DNA from: Ranitomeya imitator
Taxonomy: Eukaryota
DNA: 64,000 bases
Direction of reading: 5' to 3'
Assembly (NCBI RefSeq): GCF_032444005.1
Contig: NC_091289.1
Span: 116,064,001 to 116,128,000 of the forward strand
Part shown: positions 51,628 to 63,292 of the stretch, one piece after another
Layout: the number at the start of each line of letters is the position of its first letter
Position numbering within the stretch: position 1 is the first letter of the stretch
Made by a program: the position numbers and the translations under genes
The notes under the pieces: model-generated
Told to the model about the DNA's origin: nothing
Databases searched by the model: none
What the model saw: the letters and a program-made list of their open reading frames with translations, nothing else

Positions 51628-54600
51628 ATGAGGAAGTCTGGTGGAAGAGGTCGTGGCCGGGGGCGTTCATTGTCAGCTGGTAATGAGGGTAGTGGTAGTG
51701 GTGGAGCATCAGCTGGTCGTGGGAAAAAAAATATTGCACCTAAGTCTGGAGCTGTGGAGCCAGGTTCGTCGTCTGGCTACACAAGGCCTCGAACGCTCCC
51801 TTTTCTGGGAGTAGGAAAACCGCTTTTAAAGCCGGAGCAGCAAGAGCAAGTTTTGGCTTATCTTGCTGACTCAGCCTCTAGCTCTTTTGCCTCCTCTCGT
51901 GAAACTGGTAAATGTCAAAGCAGCGCGTCATTAGTGGATGTTCACGGTCAGGGACAAGTCGCTTCCTTGTCCTCTTCAGCAAAAACAACAACAGAGAAGA
52001 ATGCAGCAGGCGACACAACGGGTTACTCCATGGAGCTCTTTACACATACCGTCCCTGGCTTAGAAAGTGAAGCAGTTAACAGTCCATGCCCATTACAAGT
52101 TGAATCTGACATGGAGTGCACTGATGCACAGCCACAGCCAGACTACTATCCTGGTCCTTTGACTCAGACCACAACATTGCCATCGCAGGGTGCTGATCAA
52201 GAATCAGACCCTGATGAGACTATGTTGCCCCATCACGAACGCTATACCACCGACCGCCACGGTGACACAGACGAAGTTGCACACGAGCTACAAGAAGAGG
52301 TAATAGATGACCCAGTTCTTGACCCCGATTGGCAGCCATTGGGAGAACAGGGTGCAGGCGGCAGCAGTTCTGAAGCGGAGGAGGAGGGGCCGCAGCAGGC
52401 ATCAACATCGCAACAGGTTCCATCTGCCGGGCCCGTATCTTGCCCAAAACGCGTGGCAAAGCTAAAACCTGTTGGAGGACAGCGTGGCCATCCGGTTAAA
52501 GCTCAGTCTGCAATGCCTGAAAAGGTATCCGATGCTAGAAAGAGTGCAGTCTGGCATTTTTTTAAACAACATCCAATTGATCAGCGCAAAGTCATCTGTC
52601 AAAAATGTTCAACTACCTTAAGCAGAGGACAGAATCAGAAAAGTCTCAATACAAGTTGCATGCATAGACATTTAACCACCATGCATTTGCAAGCCTGGAC
52701 TAACTACCAAACGTCCCTTAAGGTTGTAGCACCCTCGGCCAATGAAGCTAGTCAGCAACGCAACATCCCTTCCGGCAGTGTAGGGCCACCATTTTCCGCA
52801 CCACCTGCAGTATCTGTGCAGGTTTCTTTGCCAGGCCAAAGCCGTCAGGGTCAGGGAATCACCAGTTTCGTAGTAGGAAACACTGCATCTAGGGCACCGG
52901 TGGCAACAATACCATCTCCCACCGTCTCTCAGTCTGCCATGTCCACCGGCACCCCCGCTAGTTCCACGATCTCCAGCTCTCCAGTCCAGCTCACCCTACA
53001 TGAGACTATGGTTAGAAAAAGGAAGTACTTAGCCTCGCATCCGCGTACACAGGGTTTGAACGCACACATAGCTAGACTAATCTCGTTAGAGATGATGCCC
53101 TACCGGTTAGTTGAAAGCGAAGCTTTCAAAGCCCTGATGGACTACGCTGTACCACGCTACGAGCTACCCAGTCGACACTTTTTTTCCAGAAAAGCCATCC
53201 CAGCCCTCCACCAGCATGTTAAAGAGCGCATCGTCCATGCACTCAGGCAATCTGTGAGCACAAAGGTGCACCTGACAACAGATGCATGGACCAGTAGGCA
53301 TGGCCAGGGACGTTACGTGTCCATCACGGCACACTGGTTAAATGTGGTGGATGCAGGGTCCACAGGGGACAGCAAGTTTGGGACAGTTCTGCCTAGCCCA
53401 CGGTCTAGGAAACAATTGGCTGTAGCCGTTCGCACCCCCTCCTCCTCCTCTTCGTCCTCCTGCAGAAGCGAGAGCTCGTCCACAGACCGCAGTCGCACAA
53501 CCACTCCATCCGCAGCTGCCACTGTTGCACACCAGGTCTCCCATTATGGGGCAGCTACTGGCAAACGTCAGCAGGCTGTATTGGCTATGAAGTGTTTGGG
53601 CGACAACAGACACACCGCGGAAGTTCTGTCCGAGTTCTTGCAGAAAGAAACGCAGTCGTGGCTGGGCACTGTAGATCTTGAGGCAGGCAAGGTAGTGAGT
53701 GATAACGGAAGGAATTTCATGGCTGCCATCTCCCTTTCCCAACTGAAACACATTCCTTGCCTGGCTCACACCTTAAACCTGGTGGTGCAGTGCTTCCTGA
53801 AAAGTTATCCGGGGTTATCCGACCTGCTCCTCAAAGTGCGTGGACTTTGCTCACATATCCGCCGTTCGCCCGTACACTCCAGCCGTATGCAGACCTATCA
53901 GCGTTCTTTGAACCTTCCCCAGCATCGCCTAATCATAGACGTTGCAACAAGGTGGAACTCAACACTGCACATGCTTCAGAGACTGTGTGAACAGAGGCGG
54001 GCTGTTATGTTTTTGTGGGAGGATACACATACACGGGCAGGCAGTAGGATGGCAGACATGGAGTTGTCAGGTGTGCAGTGGTCGAAGATTCAAGACATGT
54101 GTCAAGTCCTTCAGTGTTTTGAGGAATGCACACGGCTGGTTAGTGCAGACAACGCCATAATAAGCATGAGCATCCCCCTAATGCGTCTGCTGATGCAAAG
54201 TTTGACGCACATAAAGGATCAGGCGTCTGCAGCTGAGGAAGAGGAAAGCCTTGATGACAGTCAGCCATTGTCTGGCCAGGGCAGTGTACAGGACGAGGTA
54301 GCGGGCGAAGAGGAGGAGGAGGACGAGGAGGATGATGGGGATGATTATATTTTTAATGAGGAAGCTTTTCTGGGGCCACTGGAAATTGGTGGCGCGGCAA
54401 GGCCGGGTTCTGGTTTTTTGAGGGACACAAGTGACGTGGATTTGCCTGAAACTGCCCCTCAACCAAGCACAACCGCAGATTTGAGAACTGGAATTTTGGC
54501 CCACATGGCGGATTATGCCTTACGTATCCTCAAAAGGGACACACGCATAACTAAAATGATGAATGATGACGATTACTGGTTGGCCTGCCTCCTTGATCCT

Positions 54601-55197
54601 CGCTATAAAGGCAAATTGCAAAATATAATGCCACATGAGAACTTGGAACTAATATTAGCAACCAAACAATCAACTCTTGTTGACCGTTTGCTTCTGGCAT
54701 TCCCTGCACACAGCGCTCGTGATCGTTCTCACACGAGCTGCAGGGGCCAGCAGACCAGAGGAGTTAGAGGGGCAGAAATCAGAAGTGGCGTTGGCCAGAG
54801 GGGTTTTCTGACCAGGTTGTGGAGTGATTTTGCTATGACCGCAGACAGGACAGGTACTGCAGCATCAATTCAAAGTGACAGGAGACAACATTTGCCCAGT
54901 ATGGTTACAAACTATTTTTCATCCCTTATCGATGTTCTCCCTCAACCGTCATTCCCATTTGATTACTGGGCATCAAAATTAGACACCTGGCCAGAATTGG
55001 CAGAATATGCATTGCAGGAGCTTGCTTGCCCGGCAGCTAGTGTCCTATCAGAAAGAGTATTCAGTGCTGCAGGTTCAATACTAACAGAAAAAAGGACTCG
55101 TCTGGCTACCCAAAATGTAGATGATCTAACCTTCATTAAAATGAACCACAACTGGATTTCGAAATCTTTTGCCCCACCTTGCCCGGCTGACACCTAG
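51628..55197 (+). CDS. hAT transposase, 1189 aa from the first ATG: BED zinc finger, DDE RNase H-like core, C-terminal dimerisation domain
   Basis: BED SAVWHFF...CQKC...MHRHLTTMH; catalytic HLTTDAWTS, VVSDNGRNF, SERVFS; CLAH (CxxH); TRWNST; YWASK...WPELA. No stop or frameshift. The ORF track starts 48 bp earlier at a TTG. Confidence 0.96.
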   Translation: MRKSGGRGRGRGRSLSAGNEGSGSGGASAGRGKKNIAPKSGAVEPGSSSGYTRPRTLPFLGVGKPLLKPEQQEQVLAYLADSASSSFASSRETGKCQSSASLVDVHGQGQVASLSSSAKTTTEKNAAGDTTGYSMELFTHTVPGLESEAVNSPCPLQVESDMECTDAQPQPDYYPGPLTQTTTLPSQGADQESDPDETMLPHHERYTTDRHGDTDEVAHELQEEVIDDPVLDPDWQPLGEQGAGGSSSEAEEEGPQQASTSQQVPSAGPVSCPKRVAKLKPVGGQRGHPVKAQSAMPEKVSDARKSAVWHFFKQHPIDQRKVICQKCSTTLSRGQNQKSLNTSCMHRHLTTMHLQAWTNYQTSLKVVAPSANEASQQRNIPSGSVGPPFSAPPAVSVQVSLPGQSRQGQGITSFVVGNTASRAPVATIPSPTVSQSAMSTGTPASSTISSSPVQLTLHETMVRKRKYLASHPRTQGLNAHIARLISLEMMPYRLVESEAFKALMDYAVPRYELPSRHFFSRKAIPALHQHVKERIVHALRQSVSTKVHLTTDAWTSRHGQGRYVSITAHWLNVVDAGSTGDSKFGTVLPSPRSRKQLAVAVRTPSSSSSSSCRSESSSTDRSRTTTPSAAATVAHQVSHYGAATGKRQQAVLAMKCLGDNRHTAEVLSEFLQKETQSWLGTVDLEAGKVVSDNGRNFMAAISLSQLKHIPCLAHTLNLVVQCFLKSYPGLSDLLLKVRGLCSHIRRSPVHSSRMQTYQRSLNLPQHRLIIDVATRWNSTLHMLQRLCEQRRAVMFLWEDTHTRAGSRMADMELSGVQWSKIQDMCQVLQCFEECTRLVSADNAIISMSIPLMRLLMQSLTHIKDQASAAEEEESLDDSQPLSGQGSVQDEVAGEEEEEDEEDDGDDYIFNEEAFLGPLEIGGAARPGSGFLRDTSDVDLPETAPQPSTTADLRTGILAHMADYALRILKRDTRITKMMNDDDYWLACLLDPRYKGKLQNIMPHENLELILATKQSTLVDRLLLAFPAHSARDRSHTSCRGQQTRGVRGAEIRSGVGQRGFLTRLWSDFAMTADRTGTAASIQSDRRQHLPSMVTNYFSSLIDVLPQPSFPFDYWASKLDTWPELAEYALQELACPAASVLSERVFSAAGSILTEKRTRLATQNVDDLTFIKMNHNWISKSFAPPCPADT

Positions 55198-55435
55198 CTT
55201 TCCTATGAAAAGGTCTTGCCTGTGGACTATTCTGAATGCCTTTTCCAATCTCGTAATTTTCAGCACCTGATTGTCCAGCATACGACATGTTTACACCTCA
55301 CTAAATGGCCAAACTCCCCACACGGGGCCGTGGTAGCGACACTTGGCGACAGCACCCGTGAGAGTGCAGTTTGTCTGAAGAGGTGGGTGAGCCCGCTTTT
55401 GGTCGACGGCACTGCCACTGGGTCCCTCCTAGTAC

Positions 55436-55441
55436 AATAAA
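55436..55441 (+). terminator. Candidate polyadenylation signal of the transposase transcript
   Basis: AATAAA about 240 bp after the stop codon and before the satellite array; usage not shown. Confidence 0.4.
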
Positions 55442-55670
55442 GTGTCTCTGGCGGTGGTGGTGCGCACCTAACGTCAGACACACCGTTGTAATATGAGGGG
55501 CCCTGGGCCTGTACCGCCGGCCACAAGACAGTTTCCCCCCACCCCAGCTCAAACAGTGCTCTACCACTTGCAAAATTATCTCACAGCTCCACCAATGTTT
55601 AGTCTATGCGCTGACATCCTTCAATGCCTGCCACTGACAATACCATTGTATTGACATTTTTGTTATGTTA

Positions 55671-57326
55671 GGCCTTCGATGCCTGTCTGTGGTCACTCCT
55701 TCCACTAGGCCTCCACTGACCACACCACTGCTGCCCGTGTACCCCTGGAACCAATTTAAAATTGCATACAGCCATGTGTTATTATTTTAGGCCTTCGATG
55801 CCTGTCTGCGGTCACTCCTTCCACTAGGCCTCCACTGACCACACCACTGCTGTCCGTGTACCCCTGGAACCAATTTAAAATTGCCTACAGCCAGCCCAAT
55901 TTTTTTATTTTAGGCCTTCGATGCCTGTCTGCGGTCCATTCTTTCAACTACTACTACACTGACCAGGTCACTGCTGCCCGTGTACCCCTGGAACCAATTT
56001 AAAATTGCCTACAGCCATGTGTTATTATTTTAGGCCTTCGATGCCTGTCTGCGGTCACTCCTTCCACTAGGCCTCCACTGACCACACCACTGCTGCCCGT
56101 GTACCCCTGGAACCAATTTAAAATTGCCTACAGCCATGTGTTATTATTTTAGGCCTTCGATGCCTGTCTGCGGTCACTCCTTCCACTAGGCCTCCACTGA
56201 CCACACCACTGCTGCCCGTGTACCCCTGGAACCAATTTAAAATTGCCTACAGCCAGCCCAATTTTTTTATTTTAGGCCTTCGATGCCTGTCTGCGGTCCA
56301 TTCTTTCAACTACTACTACACTGACCAGGTCACTGCTGCCCGTGTACCCCTGGAACCAATTTAAAATTGCCTACAGCCATGTGTTATTATTTTAGGCCTT
56401 CGATGCCTGTCTGCGGTCACTCCTTCCACTAGGCCTCCACTGACCACACCACTGCTGCCCGTGTACCCCTGGAACCAATTTAAAATTGCCTACAGCCAGC
56501 CCAATTTTTTTATTTTAGGCCTTCGATGCCTGTCTGCGGTCCATTCTTTCAACTACTACTACACTGACCAGGTCACTGCTGCCCGTGTACCCCTGGAACC
56601 AATTTAAAATTGCCTACAGCCATGTGTTATTATTTTAGGCCTTCGATGCCTGTCTGCGGTCACTCCTTCCACTAGGCCTCCACTGACCACACCACTGCTG
56701 CCCGTGTACCCCTGGAACCAATTTAAAATTGCCTACAGCCATGTGTTATTATTTTAGGCCTTCGATGCCTGTCTGCGGTCACTCCTTCCACTAGGCCTCC
56801 ACTGACCACACCACTGCTGCCCGTGTACCCCTGGAACCAATTTAAAATTGCCTACAGCCAGCCCAATTTTTTTATTTTAGGCCTTCGATGCCTGTCTGCG
56901 GTCCATTCTTTCAACTACTACTACACTGACCAGGTCACTGCTGCCCGTGTACCCCTGGAACCAATTTAAAATTGCCTACAGCCATGTGTTATTATTTTAG
57001 GCCTTCGATGCCTGTCTGCGGTCACTCCTTCCACTAGGCCTCCACTGACCACACCACTGCTGCCCGTGTACCCCTGGAACCAATTTAAAATTGCCTACAG
57101 CCATGTGTTATTATTTTAGGCCTTCGATGCCTGTCTGCGGTCACTCCTTCCACTAGGCCTCCACTGACCACACCACTGCTGCCCGTGTACCCCTGGAACC
57201 AATTTAAAATTGCCTACAGCCAGCCCTATTTTTTTATTTTAGGCCTTCGATGCCTGTCTGCGGTCCATTCTTTCAACTACTACTACACTGACCAGGGCAC
57301 TGCTGCCCGTGTACCCCTGGAACCAA
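55671..57326. repeat. Satellite A inside the hAT: 14 units of 119-123 bp, mostly as a 362-bp trimer
   Basis: ggccttcgatgcc at 55671, 55790, 55913, 56033, 56152, 56275, 56395, 56518, 56638, 56757, 56880, 57000, 57119 and 57242. Confidence 0.96.
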
Positions 57327-57774
57327 CATCAGAAAATATAAAAATAAGTATTTTGCTTACAAAAAAGAAAATACTGGAGAGATATCAAATGCAGACATTT
57401 TAACATTAAAAACAAACACACAACTAAAATCTGGTACAGTACTAAAAATGGCCACCAGCTACAATTACTTTCTCCTGCAAGTAGTTAACTGAATGGTTTT
57501 TTAAATTGAAAACACACATATGGCATCCACCGAGTGTTGTCCTGTCGCGTCTTCTTTATATTATTGCCGAGAAGATGCAAAACAATGAAAATAATAAAAT
57601 CATTAATTACCAAAATAATAGAGAAAGTCAACACCACATTGCAAATAAACATTCATTCCAAATAAAGAAGCAGGGCGCGTCCGAGGGTGAGTATATACCT
57701 AATAAGAATATAATCACCCTCGGACGCGCAATGCTTATTTCCAACAGCCTTCCTTCCTAAGAATCAGCCCTTCC

Positions 57775-58162
57775 GTGGTGTAGAGAGACGTTGTGTTACA
57801 CTCCAAGGTGTTCCCCAGGTTGCCTTTCCTGAGCTTCGATCTTCCGGCTCTCGTTTAGTAGTTGTTGGAAACTACGCTGCATTAGGCCTTCAAATTGGGT
57901 ATGGGGTGTAGAGAGAGAGTGTGTTACACTCCAAGGTGTTCCCCAGGTTGCCTTTCCTGAGCTTCGATCTTCCGGCTCTCGTTTAGTAGTTCTTGGAAAC
58001 TACACTGCATTAGGCCTTCAAATTGGGTATGGGGTGTAGAGAGAGGGTGTGTTACACTCCAAGGTGTTCCCCAGGTTGCCTTTCCTGAGCTTCGATATTC
58101 CGGCTCTCGTTTAGTAGTTGTTGGAAACTACACTGCATTAGGCCTACAAATTGGGTATGGGG
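57775..58162. repeat. Satellite B inside the hAT, short block (3 x 128 bp)
   Basis: ctccaagg at 57801, 57929 and 58057. Confidence 0.93.
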
Positions 58163-58747
58163 GAAACATTGGCGCATCTGCGGTCCCTCCTTCCTCTAGG
58201 CCTCCACTGACCTGTCTACTGCTGCCCGTGTTCCCCTGGAACCAATTTTAAATTGCCTACAGGCAGCCCAATTTATTATGTTAGGGCTTCGAAGCCTGTC
58301 TGCGGTCCCTCCTTCCACTAGGCCTCCACTGACCTGTCTACTGCTGCCCGTGTACCCCTTGAACCAACATCATAAAATAAAAAAAAAAGTATTTTGCTTA
58401 TAAAAAAGAAAATACTGGTGAGATATCAAATGCAGACATTTTAACATTAAAAACAAACACACAACTAAAATCTGGTACAGTACTAAAAATGGCCACCAGC
58501 TACAATTACTTTCTCCTGCAAGTAGTTAACTGAAAGGTTTTTTAAATTGAAAACACACATATGGCATCCACCGAGTGTTGTCCTGTCGCGTCTTCTTTAT
58601 ATTATTGCCGAGAAGATGCAAAACAATGAAAATAATAAAATCATTAATTACCAAAATAATAGAGAAAGTCAACACCACATTGCAAATAAACATTCATTCC
58701 AAATAAAGAAGCAGGGCGCGTCCGAGTATGTGGTGTAGAGAGGTATG

Positions 58748-61500
58748 GGTGTAGAGAGAGGGTTTGTTACACTCCAAGGTGTTCCCCAGGTTGCCTTTCC
58801 TGAGCTTCGATCTTCCGGCTCTCGTTTAGTAGTTGTTGGAAACTACGCTGCATTAGGCCTTCAAATTGGGTATGGGGTGTAGCGAGAGGGTGTGTTACAC
58901 TCCAAGGTGTTCCCCAGGTTGCCTTTCCTGAGCTTCGATCTTCCGGCTCTCGTTTAGTAGTTCTTGGAAACTACACTGCATTAGGCCTTCAAATTGGGTA
59001 TGGGGTGTAGAGAGAGGGTGTGTTACACTCCAAGGTGTTCCCCAGGTTGCCTTTCCTGAGCTTCGATCTTCCGGCTCTCGTTTAGTAGTTCTTGGAAACT
59101 ACACTGCATTAGGCCTACAAATTGGGTATGGGGTGGAGAGAGATGGTGTGTTACACTCCAAGGTGTTCCCCAGGTTTCCTTGCCATTGCTTCGGTCTTCC
59201 GACTCTCGTTTAGTAGTTGTAGAAAAGTACACTGCATTAGGCCTACAAAATGGGTATGGGGTGGAGAGAGAGGGTGTGTTACACTCCAAGGTGTTCCCCA
59301 GGTTGCCTTTCCTGAGCTTCGATCTTCCGGCTCTCGTTTAGTAGTTGTTGGAAACTACGCTGCATTAGGCCTTCAAATTGGGTATGGTGTGTAGAGAGAG
59401 GGTGTGTTACACTCCAAGGTGTTCCCCAGGTTGCCTTTCCTGAGCTTTGATCTTCCGGCTCTCGTTTAGTAGTTGTTGGAAACTACGCTGCATTAGGCCT
59501 TCAAATTGGGTATGGGGTGTAGAGAGATGGTGTGTTCCACTCCAAGGTGTTCCCCAGGTTGCCTTTCCTGAGCTTCGATCTTCCGGCTCTCGTTTAGTAG
59601 TTCTTGGAAACTACACTGCATTAGGCCTTCAAATTGGGTATGGGGTGTAGAGAGAGGGTGTGTTACACTCCAAGGTGTTCCCCAGGTTGCCTTTCCTGAG
59701 CTTCGATCTTCCGGCTCTCGTTTAGTAGTTGTTGGAAACTACGCTGCATTAGGCCTTCAAATTGGGTATGGGGTGTAGAGAGATGGTGTGTTCCACTCCA
59801 AGGTGTTCCCCAGGTTGCCTTTCCTGAGCTTCGATCTTCCAGCTCTCGTTTAGTAGTTCTTGGAAACTACACGGCATTAGGCCTTCAAATTGGGTATGGG
59901 GTGTAGAGAGAGGGTGTGTTACACTCCAAGGTGTTCCCCAGGTTGCCTTTCCTGAGCTTCGATCTTCATGCTCTCGTTTAGTAGTTGTCGGAAACTACGC
60001 TGCATTAGGCCTTCAAATTGGGTATGGGGTGTAGAGAGAGGGTTTGTTACACTCCAAGGTGTTCCCCAGGTTGCCTTTCCTGAGCTTCGATCTTCCGGCT
60101 CTCGTTTAGTAGTTGTTGGAAACTACGCTGCATTAGGCCTTCAAATTGGGTATGGGGTGTAGAGAGAGGGTGTGTTACACTCCAAGGTGTTCCCCAGGTT
60201 GCCTTTCCTGAGCTTCGATCTTCCGGCTCTCGTTTAGTAGTTCTTGGAAACTACACTGCATTAGGCCTACAAATTGGGTATGGGGTGGAGAGAGATGGTG
60301 TGTTACACTCCAAGGTGTTCCCCAGGTTTCCTTGCCATTGCTTCGGTCTTCCGACTCTCGTTTAGTAGTTGTAGAAAAGTACACTGCATTAGGCCTACAA
60401 AATGGGTATGGGGTGGAGAGAGAGGGTGTGTTACACTCCAAGGTGTTCCCCAGGTTGCCTTTCCTGAGCTTCGATCTTCCGGCTCTCGTTTAGTAGTTGT
60501 TGGAAACTACGCTGCATTAGGCCTTCAAATTGGGTATGGGGTGTAGAGAGAGGGTGTGTTACACTCCAAGGTGTTCCCCAGGTTGCCTTTCCTGAGCTTC
60601 GATCTTCCGGCTCTCGTTTAGTAGTTGTTGGAAACTACGCTGCATTAGGCCTTCAAATTGGGTATGGGGTGTAGAGAGATGGTGTGTTCCACTCCAAGGT
60701 GTTCCCCAGGTTGCCTTTCCTGAGCTTTGATCTTCCGGCTCTCGTTTAGTAGTTCTTGGAAACTACACTGCATTAGGCCTTCAAATTGGGTATGGGGTGT
60801 AGAGAGAGGGTGTGTTACACTCCAAGGTGTTTCCCAGGTTGCCTTTCCTGAGCTTCGATCTTCATGCTCTCGTTTAGTAGTTGTCGGAAACTACGCTGCA
60901 TTAGGCCTACAAATTGGGTATGGGGTGTAGAGAGAGGGTTTGTTACACTCCAAGGTGTTCCCCAGGTTGCCTTTCCTGAGCTTCGATCTTCCGGCTCTCG
61001 TTTAGTAGTTGTTGGAAACTACGCTGCATTAGGCCTTCAAATTGGGTATGGGGTGTAGCGAGAGGGTGTGTTACACTCCAAGGTGTTCCCCAGGTTGCCT
61101 TTCCTGAGCTTCGATCTTCCGGCTCTCGTTTAGTAGTTCTTGGAAACTACACTGCATTAGGCCTTCAAATTGGGTATGGGGTGTAGAGAGAGGGTGTGTT
61201 ACACTCCAAGGTGTTCCCCAGGTTGCCTTTCCTGAGCTTCGATCTTCCGGCTCTCGTTTAGTAGTTCTTGGAAACTACACTGCATTAGGCCTACAAATTG
61301 GGTATGGGGTGGAGAGAGATGGTGTGTTACACTCCAAGGTGTTCCCCAGGTTTCCTTGCCATTGCTTCGGTCTTCCGACTCTCGTTTAGTAGTTGTAGAA
61401 AAGTACACTGCATTAGGCCTACAAAATGGGTATGGGGTGGAGAGAGATGGTGTGTTACACTCCAAGGTGTTCCCCAGGTTGCCTTTCCTGAGCTTCTATC
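58748..61500. repeat. Satellite B inside the hAT, main block (about 21.5 x 128 bp) with 9-mer and 8-mer higher-order spacing
   Basis: Period 128 (58772, 58900, 59028, 59156...). Identical ORFs at 59023, 60175 and 61199 are 1152 and 1024 bp apart. Confidence 0.97.
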
Positions 61501-63292
61501 TTCAGGCTCTCATTAAATTGTGGTTAAATGGAACAACTGCATTTGGCGTACTAGTTGGTTTGGGGCCTACTATCGGTGTCTGCCACTCCTTGCTGTTCTC
61601 CTGGTTTCCTGTCCTGAAATTCCATTTTCAGGCTCTCGTTAAGTAGTTGTTAATGTTAGACTGCATTTGGCCTACTAGTTGGGTTGGGGCCTACTATCGG
61701 TGTCTGCCACTCCTTGCTGTTCTCCTCCACTGAACAAAGCTGTGCCGCCTGTTTACTACGGTTGCCAATTTTGAACTGCATTTCGACTACTTACTGATTT
61801 TGCCCTACTCTCTGTGTCAGCCTCTCATTCCAGTTGTCCTCCACTGCAATGCCCCCTGGTTATTCCTGTGTTACCAACTTTGAACTGCATTTAGCCCACT
61901 TTATTCTTTGGGCCTATATCTGTGTTTCCACTTCATCGTGCCCATTGCCCAGCCAGTGATAGATGAGTCTGCTGGTACATTGACCCATAACGCAACATTC
62001 CCCGTGCATGCTACACAACAACATTGTGACCCTGCTGAAAGTCAGGTTGCTCTTCCCGCATACCATACCACCTTACACGGGGACAAAGAGGAAGGTGCAG
62101 ATGAAAGTGCAGGTTCCTTCATCAGGTGGGGGGAGGAATACTAGTTGGCGACGTCACTGGCACAGGGCCTCTCATAGTACGCAAAAGTGTTGCTGCCGGT
62201 GGGAGGCGCCCCCGCCGTGCAAACACACCGCTGTACTTTGAGGGGCCCTGTGCCAGTGCCAATGCCAACAAGTGGGCCCCCCTGCTTGCTCAGGATCACA
62301 GCACTTGCAAAGTTGAAATACTTACCTCTCCCTGCTCCACTGCCGTGACGTGGTCCAGATTTCCTGGGCCCACTAATTACTTGAACCAGCCCTACCCCAC
62401 ACAACTTTAGCCAAATGACCCCCAATTTCAAATGCCTTCCAATTATTATAAGGTAAATTACGCTTGACAAGCTTCATTAAGAAGAATGAATGGTTTTGAC
62501 ATTAAAATGGGCACTGTAGGTGTTTTCCTGGCCCCCACTCACTGCCGACTATGCTGCCCCATTGACTTGCATTGGGTTTCGTGTTTCGGTCGATCCCGAC
62601 TTTACGTCATAATCGGCCGATTTCACTCGACCCGACTTTTGAGATAGTCGGGTTTCGCGAAACCCGGCTCGACTCTAAAAAGGTCAAGGTCGCTCAACTC
62701 TAATCTTGACTTCTCATTTGTGGAGCTCTATATATTTTTTGTTTGTTTGTTTACTTTTTGCTACATGCTGATTTTTACTCTTGTACTGTTCGGATCAATA
62801 TGACCCAATAGCATTTTATACTGTTCTACAGGTCTCTGATTATTTCTGACTGCAAAAGTTATGTTTTTTCTATGTGTACTTCATCTCAAAATGGTGGTGG
62901 TTTCACTGTTCTTATCAGTAAACAAGTAATTATTTAGTATTATCCATTTGCTGTTTGTGAGAGAGGAGATTGGTTGTCTATCATTCAAAGGCTGGGGGTT
63001 TCACTGTCATCAGTAATCAAGTATTTATTTAGTCAAATGCATTTTCAGTTTGTGAGAGAAGACACTGTTGTCTTATAAATTGGACACCAGTCATTTGACT
63101 TACACCCTGAAGCTAAGCCCTGTGAAAGAGACACTGGAATCTGTGAGAGAGAGAGAGCACTGATCTGTGAATACACATCTTTACAGGTATTCTTTTTTTT
63201 TCAAAACTTGGATAAAAATGTTTCTAAAAAGTCTATTGACTGACGCTGTGAATACATATCTTTACAACTATTCTTTTCTTTTCCAAACTTAG

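Larger units (their letters stand above)
49172..62702 (+). mobile_element. Full-length hAT DNA transposon, 13,531 bp, apparently autonomous
   Basis: TIRs tagggttgagcga and tcgctcaactcta (1 mismatch); perfect 8-bp TSD ATCTTGAC at 49164-49171 and 62703-62710; subterminal ccgact/ccgacc repeats at both ends; intact transposase ORF. Confidence 0.96.

Noticed and set aside
51628-55197. A domesticated host ZBED-family gene
   Set aside because: It is enclosed by intact TIRs and a perfect 8-bp TSD inside another transposon, which marks a mobile element rather than a fixed host gene; no gene symbol given.
52220-55573. Short antisense and alternate-frame ORFs over the transposase; likewise those over the L2, Gypsy and Tc1 elements
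   Set aside because: Shadow ORFs of GC-richer coding sequence with no independent motifs.
57506-61646. Repeated 63-96 aa ORFs in the hAT 3' region as possible cargo genes
   Set aside because: They recur only because the spacer and the 128-bp satellite are duplicated; several start at non-ATG codons and none has a recognisable domain.
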